Shown here: piece after piece, positions 46,930-55,607 of the stretch
Numbering within the stretch: the stretch's first letter is position 1
Layout of the letters: every line of letters starts with the position of its first letter
Position numbers and translations under genes: made by a program
Origin: Armatimonadota bacterium
Lineage (GTDB): Bacteria; Armatimonadota; UBA5829; JAUSEB01
NCBI GenBank assembly: GCA_030649165.1
Contig: JAUSGG010000034.1
Span: 4,546-68,545, forward strand
Length of the DNA stretch: 64,000 nucleotides
Direction of reading: 5' to 3'
The notes under the pieces: model-generated
What the model saw: only the letters and a program-made list of their open reading frames with translations
What the model was told of the DNA's origin: nothing
The model's database searches: none

Positions 46930-49584
46930 TCAAGAGCCAACAGCGTACCGAATGCCCGGCAAGGCGTTGCCGGCGCTGTCGCAGAGCCTGGCTGAGATTC
47001 CCCAGCCGTTAGTCCCCTGCGTGACCTTGATGAGCAGACAGTTCCAGTCTCTGTGGAGGGTCACAGGAATCCTGTCCTGATCGCGAGTCCACGAGCGATA
47101 GACGTCGTTCAGCCAGACCATCTGGCTGTTATGGTAGACTTTCACACCGTCGTTGCTGCCTATCCGCAGTTCGGCGGTCTGATCGGCGGGAGAGTAGATG
47201 TAGGCGTTCACATAGCCGAGGCCTTCCGAGGGAGCGCCATAGGGGCCGGCCAGGTCTACGTATCCATCCGGTTCGGCTGTCACGGGCGACCACTGGTATC
47301 TTCCGCTAACCATTCCGATCTTCGGCCAGGTGGTCGCCTCGCCGCCGAGGTAGTCGGCGGCCATGCGGGTGGTTCTGTCGAGATGACCGTAGAATCCGTT
47401 CGCCAGCCAGTCGAATATGAACGGAGCGGGCTGGTCCGTTGTCGTCGACTGACTCAACCCGTCTTCATAGTTCCAATTGCCACATACGTCCACGGCTACG
47501 ATCTTATAGACGTAGTTCGTGTTTGGCGTCAGGTTGGTCAGAGTGACCGCGTGGTCCTCCACCAGTTGCGGGGTGGCGACAATGGTGTTCGTGGTAGTCG
47601 TTCCATAGTCGATCCGGGTAGTTGTCGGTTCGCTGGTTTTCCACGTGACGACCATCCGGCTGCCGGTCACTGCCTCAACCTGCACGTCGCTGATGATCGG
47701 AGGCGTGGTGTCCCCAGTGTCGGCAGCGACGTTCACTCCCGGCAGAGCTTTTCCGGCCGAATCGCAGACTTTGGCGACGAGCGCCCAGCCGCCGGTGTTC
47801 TGCGATACTTTGAAGATCAGCCGGTTCCAGCCCGCGATCAGATGGACGGGCATCTTATCCTGGTCGGGCGTGACGGTTCTGCCAACGTCCTTGGTCCAGA
47901 TGTTCACGCCATTCGCCCAGACTTTGACACCATCGTTGCTTCCGAGCCACAACTGGGCGTCCTGTTCGGACGGAGAATAGACGTACGCGCAGGCGTAAGC
48001 GGCGCAATAAGTGCGGGTTGATCCGTAGACGGACAGGAAGCTCAGAATATCCGTGGAACTCTGCTTAAACGTCCACGTCTTCGCCCCCTGGACTTGCCCG
48101 GCGCGCGGCGCCGCGTATTCCTCGCCGCCGAGGTAGTCCTGCGACAGTCTGGTGGCGCTGCTGATATTGGAGTAATAGCCGTTCAACAGCCAGGTCCTTA
48201 TGTAGCCGGCGGTTGTCGCGCTTCCCGCGGTCGTGACAAAGGTGGACGAAGGCGCGCTCGACGTGTTTCCATCGGCATCCCGCGCGTCCACAACGAAATG
48301 GTACGTCGTGCCGGCGGAGAGGCCGGTCAACGTGATAGAATGCTGCGTCCGCAGAGTAGTGTCGCTCGACGAAGATCCCAAGGCCGTGGTCGCGCCATAG
48401 CGCACGGTGGCCGTGGTCAACTCATCAGTCGTGCAGTTGATCGTGGCAGAACTGGTTGTAATGCCCGTCACAGTGACGATAGTGATCGTGGGCGCCCCGC
48501 TTGGGGGATTTGTGGAAGTAGTAACGCCCGGAATGGGATTGCCCGCTGAGTCGCAGACCCTCGTCGCAAGCGCCCAATTGCTCGTGTTTTGCGCTACTTT
48601 GAGAAGCAGCCGGTTCCAGCCGGGGGCAAGATGGGCAGAGACCTTATCCTGATCGGGGGTGCAGCCCCTCAGGACATCGTTGGTCCAGATGTTCGCGCCG
48701 TTCAGCCAGACCTTTACGCCATCGTTACTTCCGAGCCACACCTGCGCGTTGAGGTCAGCCGGTGAGTAAACGTAGGTGAAGGCGTAAACGGCGCAGTATT
48801 GCGACGTGGACCCATATACGGTAAGGAAATCGAGGTGGTCCGCTGAGTTCTGCTTCAGCGTCCACGTTTTCCCCGCCTGGGACTGCCCCGCGCGCGGAGC
48901 GGCGCTCGTCTCACCGCCAAGGTAGTCGGTCGAGAGCCTGGTTGTCCTGTCGGTGTTTGAATAATAGCCGTTCAGGAGCCACTCTCGCACGAACGCCATC
49001 GGTGGGGGATCGCCCGGGGTGATAGTGTACGATCCCTGCGCCTTTTTCGTAGCGTCGAACCTCGACGTCGCCATCAGCGCAAACGAGGCCGGAACGGAAG
49101 CGGCTGTCGGGATCGCGGCAACCAGGAAGCACTTATAGGAGGCTCCCGCGGCGACAGAGGGTGTGGAGGTTACGACGGTCGTCTCCGTCGATTGACGAAC
49201 ACCGTCGCCGTTGGCGTCGGCGACCATTCTCGGCGACCACGAGGTATCGCCTGTGACGGCAAGTCCGAAAGTATCGGACCCGTTGCCGGCGTTTTTGACG
49301 GCTACAGCGACGCAGCCATCAGACCCCGCTTGCGCGGTGACGTTTCCGGTCGCGGGCGTTAGCTGTACGCCCGCCACCTGACCTACCGTTACTGTAACGG
49401 TGTTCGAAGTGGACGCAGGCATGCGGGTTCCTGCGCTGTCGTTGTAGTTCGCGATGCTTGAGGTCGAAATCTGCGCGCCTGAAGGGGTGAGGGCGTAGGC
49501 GCTGACCGCGAGACCGCAGCAGGCGAATAGGAGGCCTACCGCGGATGACAATGCTCGCGCCAAGTGAAACTGTTTCTGGTTCAT
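46930..49584 (-). CDS. Secreted protein with three PA14/galactose-binding-like repeats and FN3-like spacers
   Basis: Signal peptide; three ~160-aa repeats WL.NG.Y..DYLGGE..GSNDGVKV..W....KV.Q.T..W....CDSAG; DUF11-like N-terminus. Confidence 0.8.
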   Translation of the reverse strand: MNQKQFHLARALSSAVGLLFACCGLAVSAYALTPSGAQISTSSIANYNDSAGTRMPASTSNTVTVTVGQVAGVQLTPATGNVTAQAGSDGCVAVAVKNAGNGSDTFGLAVTGDTSWSPRMVADANGDGVRQSTETTVVTSTPSVAAGASYKCFLVAAIPTAASVPASFALMATSRFDATKKAQGSYTITPGDPPPMAFVREWLLNGYYSNTDRTTRLSTDYLGGETSAAPRAGQSQAGKTWTLKQNSADHLDFLTVYGSTSQYCAVYAFTYVYSPADLNAQVWLGSNDGVKVWLNGANIWTNDVLRGCTPDQDKVSAHLAPGWNRLLLKVAQNTSNWALATRVCDSAGNPIPGVTTSTNPPSGAPTITIVTVTGITTSSATINCTTDELTTATVRYGATTALGSSSSDTTLRTQHSITLTGLSAGTTYHFVVDARDADGNTSSAPSSTFVTTAGSATTAGYIRTWLLNGYYSNISSATRLSQDYLGGEEYAAPRAGQVQGAKTWTFKQSSTDILSFLSVYGSTRTYCAAYACAYVYSPSEQDAQLWLGSNDGVKVWANGVNIWTKDVGRTVTPDQDKMPVHLIAGWNRLIFKVSQNTGGWALVAKVCDSAGKALPGVNVAADTGDTTPPIISDVQVEAVTGSRMVVTWKTSEPTTTRIDYGTTTTNTIVATPQLVEDHAVTLTNLTPNTNYVYKIVAVDVCGNWNYEDGLSQSTTTDQPAPFIFDWLANGFYGHLDRTTRMAADYLGGEATTWPKIGMVSGRYQWSPVTAEPDGYVDLAGPYGAPSEGLGYVNAYIYSPADQTAELRIGSNDGVKVYHNSQMVWLNDVYRSWTRDQDRIPVTLHRDWNCLLIKVTQGTNGWGISARLCDSAGNALPGIRYAVGS

Positions 49585-49982
49585 GATTTGGGCTGTGACG
49601 GAATGGCTCAGCCGCCAACCGCCACGAGTCCATTCCCCCTTCCATTTGGAGATTCGCTGAAGGCGGAGGCAGCAGCATGCCAGTACACAGCAAAGGGCGG
49701 CGCGCCCGCGGAGCTTCCCGCATTGCTCCGGCTAGACGCCAGCCGTCCCAGCCTTACATCGATGCTTCCGGATTGTTGCACAACTACCCCACTAACCCTC
49801 AGGTTGTTAGACGCTGGTCTTGTAGAGGTTGTTCCACAATAATCGGCGAGATGATGACAAAAATTACGGAGCGGTAGCAAGCAAGCTTATCCTGTGGTAT
49901 TTGCCGGGTGGCAAGCGAGCACAGGTATGGCATTTGTGTGACAGGCTGCTAGGGAGTGGGGAGTGGAGGGACACGGAGGCGG

Positions 49983-52742
49983 TCAGGCGATTTGGTGTTT
50001 GCAGGTTCCGGGTTGCGTGTGGCCGGTGAACTTGACGGTCAGGACGGCAACATCGTCATGCAGGTGGCCTCCCGCGTATTCGGATGCCGCGTCAACGATG
50101 GCGCTGGCGAGGTTACCGGCCGAGTCCGGACTGCGCTCCTCCATCAGCCGTTGAATGCCCTCCATGCCAAAGAATTCGCCGTTGGCCCGAGCCTCGGATA
50201 TGCCGTCGGTGTACATTGCGAGCATGGATCCGGACGAAAGGCGCAGCGTTCTTTCACTGTACGTGGCGCCATCGGTGGTCCCGAGGGCAGGGCCTGTGAC
50301 GTCCAGCGGCTCACACAGAGCGTCTCGGCGGCGAAGCAGAGGCATTTCATGGCCGGCGTTGGCATAGACCAAGTCACCGCCGCACGGGTCCACGATCATG
50401 AAGAACAAAGTCACGAAGCTATCGGGACTCAATTGTCTGATCAGGGCCTTGTTGAGATTGGTCAGGGCTTCCGCCGGAGACTGATTCTGATACGCATAGG
50501 CTTGCAGCATGTATTTAACCATCGCCGTATGCACCGCCGCCTGGAGTCCTTTTCCCGCCACATCCGCGATCACGATTCCAAACTTGCCGCCGGGAAGACG
50601 CATGACATCGAAGAAGTCTCCCCCAATGCTTGCTTCGTCCATAGCCGGTCGGTACACTTCGGCGATCTCGATGCTTTCGTCGGTGAAGTCCGTCGCTGAG
50701 ATGAATGCCTCTTGGAGCGTTTCCGCAATGCGACGTTCTTTGGTGTAAGACCGCGCGTTCTCTATCGCGATCGCCGCCACGCCGGCAAGGGCCGACGCAA
50801 GCCGCACGTCGTCTTCTTCGAAGTGGCCGCTGTGTTTGAACATGCAGATGCTTCCCATCGTGTAGCCCCGCAACGTCATAGGGACCGACAGCGTGCTTCC
50901 GGATTCGGACCGTGCTTCGAGGGTTTCCACGAAAGCAGGCCTGCCCATTTGTACAGCTCGGATAGCGAGGTCCGCGCACCGCAAAGCTCTGTCCGCGGGG
51001 CACATCGTCCCCGGGGCGAGCGTCTGGGCGAGAGGGGTTATCTCGCCGGTGTTGTGATTGTACAGCGCGATGCAGCAATCATCCGCCTGCATCAGGACCT
51101 TCAGTCTCTCAGCCAGCGTGCCGGTGAGATCGTCGAGGTCCAGCTTCAGGGCCACGGCCTGCCCGACGTCCCATAGGATTTGCAGTTCGCGCCCGCGCCG
51201 CTTTGTCTCTTCGTGAAGCTGGGCGCTTTCCAGAGCGATGGCAGCTTGTGCCGACAGGAAGGTGAGGGCGCTGACTTCCTCGTCTTCAGGCTTGCGGCCG
51301 GGAGGGAAGTACCCGGCGAGGACACCGAGCAGTTCATCCTCCGCTGTCAACAGCGGAAGACACATCGCGGACCCGATCTGCTCTCTCGTCGTCAACTCTT
51401 TGTCAGCGGCAAAGGCCGGATCGGAGACGAAATCGACGTATTCGATTTGTCGCGACGTCGCCGCCCTTCCGCACGGCACGGCCGATGTGTTGGAGAGAAA
51501 ACGTATATACTCTTCCGAGAGGCCGTGGCTCGCGGTATGCCTGATTTGACGTTTCTGAGGGTCGTACAGGAAGACACCTGCCTTCTGGGTTCGCAGCACT
51601 GCGCCGGCTCCGGCGACAAGACTCTGGAGCAGGTCCTGAATTGGGGTGTCCGCCAGCACCTGGCCCGTTATTTTGCGAAACTGTTCGAGACTCTCGGTCA
51701 TGAGATTGAACCTGTTGGCGAGAAGCTCGACTTCGTCCCCGGTGTGGATTTCCAGACGTCTCGATGGCTTGCCGCCGGCCACCTCGGCGGCCGCATTTGC
51801 CAGTTCCGTGATCGGTCTGGAGAGGTGGTTGCCAATAACGAGAATCGCCAGTATAACGATGAGAGAGATGAGCAATCCCAGAAGCATACTGTTACGGAAG
51901 TCTTCTACGACAGGAGCCATCGCGGCTTCGAGCGGACTGTAGGCCCCAGCGGTCCAACCGAGCGACTCTACCGGCGTCTGTGCCCCAATGAGGTCCATCC
52001 GGCTCAAGGGAAGGCGCGTCCTGTAATCGTAGGCCCAGCGCCCCCGAAGGGCGTTCTTAACAGCGGAAACCCGGCTCCAGTCCCTATCTTTCAACGACAT
52101 CTCCGGATAGCGGTTGTGGTAGACTACCCTTCCGGCGGAGTCGGTTATGATGGCTGTGGATCCCGGGGTCATATTGACGAGGGTGAGATCCTGGTCCAAC
52201 AGCGCCGGATTTACGACTGCGATCATGATCCCCTGAAGACTCCCGCTCCGATCTCTCACGCCATACGCCAGGATAAAGCGAGGCTCGCCGCCCACCTTGC
52301 TGAGCACCAGATCGGAGAGCGCCCAGGTCTGCCCCCGTACGATCCGCTTATAGTAATCGCGATCTGTGATGTCGATCGGCGACGCAACGCGGGGATGGAC
52401 GGCCCTCACTTCTCCTTCGGGCGACGCCCAGGCCATGAACTCGATGGACTTGTAGTCTTTCCTGAGCTCCCGGAGATACCTGCGGATTTTCTCCGGAGAC
52501 CATCCCTGACCGTACTGCGCTATGGCTAAACCTGCTGCGTGGGCTTCTCTGCGAAGGTTTACGATGAAGTGACCGAACTCGTGGCCAACGTCTCTCGATC
52601 TCTGAATCTCGGCCTGCAGCAGCAGTATGCGTCTGGCAGACAGCCTGCTTCGGTGTGTGTACATTTGCAGCAGCAGAAACGGAACTATGACTGCCAGGAA
52701 GGCGAGTATCAGCTTTCGTCGAATTGTCAGGGCGCGTCGCAT
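49983..52742 (-). CDS. Membrane SpoIIE/RsbU-type PP2C phosphatase with Cache, HAMP and two GAF domains
   Basis: Two TM segments flanking a dCache-like region, DEVELLA HAMP, GAFs, IGGDFFD, IADVAGKG, YTDGISEA, DDVAVL. Confidence 0.92.
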   Translation of the reverse strand: MRRALTIRRKLILAFLAVIVPFLLLQMYTHRSRLSARRILLLQAEIQRSRDVGHEFGHFIVNLRREAHAAGLAIAQYGQGWSPEKIRRYLRELRKDYKSIEFMAWASPEGEVRAVHPRVASPIDITDRDYYKRIVRGQTWALSDLVLSKVGGEPRFILAYGVRDRSGSLQGIMIAVVNPALLDQDLTLVNMTPGSTAIITDSAGRVVYHNRYPEMSLKDRDWSRVSAVKNALRGRWAYDYRTRLPLSRMDLIGAQTPVESLGWTAGAYSPLEAAMAPVVEDFRNSMLLGLLISLIVILAILVIGNHLSRPITELANAAAEVAGGKPSRRLEIHTGDEVELLANRFNLMTESLEQFRKITGQVLADTPIQDLLQSLVAGAGAVLRTQKAGVFLYDPQKRQIRHTASHGLSEEYIRFLSNTSAVPCGRAATSRQIEYVDFVSDPAFAADKELTTREQIGSAMCLPLLTAEDELLGVLAGYFPPGRKPEDEEVSALTFLSAQAAIALESAQLHEETKRRGRELQILWDVGQAVALKLDLDDLTGTLAERLKVLMQADDCCIALYNHNTGEITPLAQTLAPGTMCPADRALRCADLAIRAVQMGRPAFVETLEARSESGSTLSVPMTLRGYTMGSICMFKHSGHFEEDDVRLASALAGVAAIAIENARSYTKERRIAETLQEAFISATDFTDESIEIAEVYRPAMDEASIGGDFFDVMRLPGGKFGIVIADVAGKGLQAAVHTAMVKYMLQAYAYQNQSPAEALTNLNKALIRQLSPDSFVTLFFMIVDPCGGDLVYANAGHEMPLLRRRDALCEPLDVTGPALGTTDGATYSERTLRLSSGSMLAMYTDGISEARANGEFFGMEGIQRLMEERSPDSAGNLASAIVDAASEYAGGHLHDDVAVLTVKFTGHTQPGTCKHQIA

Positions 52743-52776
52743 TATCAGTCTCCATCTGGCCGGCGTAAGTCTCGTT

Positions 52777-52813
52777 AAAAGACAAAAAGGACCCCTGAAA
52801 AATCAGTGAGTCC
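52777..52813 (-). terminator. Terminator-like hairpin in the 5' leader of the SpoIIE gene
   Basis: GGACTCACTGA-TTTT-TCAGGGGTCC followed by TTTTTGTCTTTT. Confidence 0.55.
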
Positions 52814-52845
52814 CCGTCCAATCAGAAAGTAACTTATCCATTGAC

Positions 52846-52874
52846 ATCATACCACGAAACAGTGGGTTTCACAA
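52846..52874 (-). promoter_or_regulatory. sigma70-type promoter of the SpoIIE gene
   Basis: TTGTGA, 17-bp spacer, TGn-TATGAT on the minus strand. Confidence 0.6.
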
Positions 52875-52890
52875 CAGACTCAGTCGGAGG

Positions 52891-53048
52891 GTAAGAGTTC
52901 AGAAATGGAGAGAACTTTCACCCTCACCCCATTCGCTGCGCTCAGGGCAAGCTCTAACCCTCTCCCTCAAGGGAGAGGGGATTACGCTCGCGTTCTCCCC
53001 GGGGGTGAGCAGCGAGAAGAGTCGTACCGACCATTCCTGAACTGTTAC
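52891..53048. mobile_element. MITE-like element, 158 bp
   Basis: TIR GTAAGAGTTCAG / CTGAACTGTTAC; TSD GTCGGAGG at 52883-52890 and 53049-53056. Confidence 0.92.
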
Positions 53049-53304
53049 GTCGGAGGAGGGCGGAGGTATGAGGTATGAGTCATCCGTGCCGGTGCGCGAC
53101 ACGCATGGGGATGGAATCGGTTGCGGTCCGGTGCGGGAACTGACTTCGATGATGTCTGAGACCTGATTGCACAAGGCCGTTCCCGCGGGATAGGTAAGGC
53201 GGATCGATTATAAGTGAGGGAGTTGGGCTTTGGTTTTGCCGCCTGGTTCAAACCCCATGTGTCAGGGAAACCTGATAATGAGAATAGTACGGAGGTCAAG
53301 TCCA

Positions 53305-53577
53305 ATGTCTGCCGTTACGGACCTGCTGCGAACAGTAAGAATCAAGGTTGGCCTGCTCGCCGACCACCGAGTCAGCGGGCTGGACGTGAATGTGGATGTG
53401 GACGGAGGAGTCGCGCGACTGTCCGGAACAGTTCAGAGCGAGGAGCAGAAGCAAACGGCCGAGGAAATAGCCGCCTCGATCGAGGGTGTGGTGGAGATCG
53501 AGAACGACATTGTTGTGGCTTCATCTGAGGAGCGGACGGAGAGTTTAGAGGAGGGCGGAGCCTGCTTTGGGTACTGA
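53305..53577 (+). CDS. Single BON domain protein
   Basis: GGAGG RBS; LDVNVDVDGGVARLSGTV....A..IA..IEGV..IENDI; no signal peptide. Confidence 0.85.
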   Translation: MSAVTDLLRTVRIKVGLLADHRVSGLDVNVDVDGGVARLSGTVQSEEQKQTAEEIAASIEGVVEIENDIVVASSEERTESLEEGGACFGY

Positions 53578-53595
53578 GACGGTTGACGGACGAAC

Positions 53596-54109
53596 GTAAC
53601 AGTTCAGAAATAGCAAGTACGTGCCGCTGAGTGTCATTTCGAGCATCCGACCTCGACACACGGGGTTATTTCGGAAAGAAACCAACCGATCCTTCGGTAG
53701 CAGAGCGGCAGCGACGCTGCCGAAGGACGCACAAGTACGATCCCCGGTGTTTCGAGATTTGAGGGTTGGGCTTCATACTCGCGCAGTTACAGCACAACCT
53801 CCCATCCCAACCCGGAAATCCCGAAACCGGGCGCTTCCTTCGTGCAGCATTGCCTAAATATCGTCGCATAGTCCGGAACCTCCCCCTAACCCCCTCCTAA
53901 GAGGAGGGGGGAATACTCCCTCTCCTTCCAGGAGAGGGTTGGGGTGAGGTTATTACGTCATCGAACTTATGAACTGAGGTACTTAGGAACGGAGCGTTAG
54001 CGGAGTCGAGAAATCTGCCTTTGAGCGTGGCGCAACCGGATAAAGCAGATTCCTCACTACGTTCGGAATGACGTTGCCCGATAGGCGCTCACCATTTCTG
54101 AACTCTTAC
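53596..54109. mobile_element. Composite MITE-like element, 514 bp
   Basis: 16-bp TIR (15/16) GTAACAGTTCAGAAAT / ATTTCTGAACTCTTAC; TSD GGACGAAC at 53588-53595 and 54110-54117. Confidence 0.92.
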
Positions 54110-54119
54110 GGACGAACCC

Positions 54120-54148
54120 TTGAACCCCTTCCGGCAAAGCGCTAGAAT
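54120..54148 (+). promoter_or_regulatory. sigma70-type promoter of the radA operon
   Basis: TTGAAC, 17-bp spacer, TAGAAT. Confidence 0.65.
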
Positions 54149-54230
54149 TGGCTTGGAAGAAAAAGGGCGGGGACGGGTGCGTCCCGCAGCCCTTTTTGCG
54201 CATAGAAGGAAGGATGGCGCGGCCGGCCAA

Positions 54231-55607
54231 ATGCGGAAAACAGTCACCAAATTCGTCTGTCAGAACTGCGGATACGAGTCTCCCAAATGGCTTGGCAGGT
54301 GCCCCGATTGCGATCAGTGGGCGTCGTTGGTCGAGGAAACAACCACGGCGCGTACGGAGCGCGGCGCCCGCGACGCCGCAACCTCTTATCATCCTCCGAT
54401 GGCGATAACGAGCGTAAGGTCCGGGGCCGATAAGCGAACCGGCACGCAGATACAGGAGTTCGACCGCGTTCTGGGCGGAGGGGTGGTCGAGGGATCTCTG
54501 GTCCTTATCGGCGGCGACCCCGGAATCGGCAAGTCCACCCTGCTTACCCAGGTCGCGCAGAATCTCAGCCGGGATTCCGGCAAGACCCTCTACGTCTCCG
54601 GCGAGGAGTCGGTCCAGCAGATCAAAATGCGCGCCGACCGGCTGGGACCCGTCAACGACGACCTTCTTCTGGCGACGGAGACGGACATCCTCGCCGTCCA
54701 GCATTACGTGGACAGCCTCAAGCCCGCCTTTGTGATAGTGGATTCGATCCAGGTGATGTACCACCCGGAGTTCGTGTCGGCGCCCGGCACAGTGAGCCAG
54801 GTCCGCAATTGCACGGCGCTGCTCGCCCGGATGGCCAAGACATCGGGGGTTCCCGTCTTCATAGTCGGTCACGTGACCAAAGAGGGCGCCCTGGCCGGGC
54901 CGAGAGTGCTGGAGCACATGGTCGATACGGTGCTGTATTTTGAAGGGGACCGGCATCAGACGTATCGCATCTTGCGAGCGGTGAAGAACAGGTTCGGATC
55001 GACCGACGAGCTGGGCATTTTCGAGATGCGCGAGGAAGGACTGATCGAAGTGCCGAATCCGTCGGAGGTTTTCCTCTCGGAGCGGCCTCAGCATGGGGCC
55101 GGGTCCGTAGTGACTTCAACCATCGAGGGGGCGCGCCCGATTCTGGTGGAGGTGCAGGCGCTTGTGGCGCCGAGCCATTTCGCGGGGCCGCGCAGGATGG
55201 CGACCGGCGTGGATCACAACCGGACTTTGATGATTCTTGCGGTGCTCGAAAAGCGCGTCGGGCTAAACCTGGCTAACCAGGACGTATACGTGAACGTGGC
55301 GGGCGGCATGCGAGTTGCGGAGCCGGCGGTCGATCTGGCAATCGCGGTCGCGGTGGCCTCCAACTTCAAGGAGATGGCGGTGGATCCGACGACCGTTTTG
55401 CTCGGCGAGATCGGCCTCGCAGGCGAAATCCGCGCGGTCGGCCAGACCGAGAAGCGTCTGCGCGAAGCGGCGCGCCTCGGGTTTACGAAGGCGATCGTGC
55501 CAACCAGATCGGCGGGCAAGGTCGCCAAGTCCACGGGTCTCAAACCGATCGGAGTCGATACGCTGCGAGACGCGATTTGGCAGACCCTGGAGGACAGCGG
55601 GCAATGA
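54231..55607 (+). CDS. radA: DNA repair protein RadA/Sms
   Basis: C4 zinc finger CQNCG..KWLGRCPDC, GDPGIGKST, KNRFG. Confidence 0.97.
   Translation: MRKTVTKFVCQNCGYESPKWLGRCPDCDQWASLVEETTTARTERGARDAATSYHPPMAITSVRSGADKRTGTQIQEFDRVLGGGVVEGSLVLIGGDPGIGKSTLLTQVAQNLSRDSGKTLYVSGEESVQQIKMRADRLGPVNDDLLLATETDILAVQHYVDSLKPAFVIVDSIQVMYHPEFVSAPGTVSQVRNCTALLARMAKTSGVPVFIVGHVTKEGALAGPRVLEHMVDTVLYFEGDRHQTYRILRAVKNRFGSTDELGIFEMREEGLIEVPNPSEVFLSERPQHGAGSVVTSTIEGARPILVEVQALVAPSHFAGPRRMATGVDHNRTLMILAVLEKRVGLNLANQDVYVNVAGGMRVAEPAVDLAIAVAVASNFKEMAVDPTTVLLGEIGLAGEIRAVGQTEKRLREAARLGFTKAIVPTRSAGKVAKSTGLKPIGVDTLRDAIWQTLEDSGQ

Noticed and set aside
46930-49584. Diversity-generating retroelement (template and variable repeats)
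   Set aside because: Repeats are in-frame protein domains within one gene, differences do not appear restricted to adenines, and no reverse transcriptase is present.
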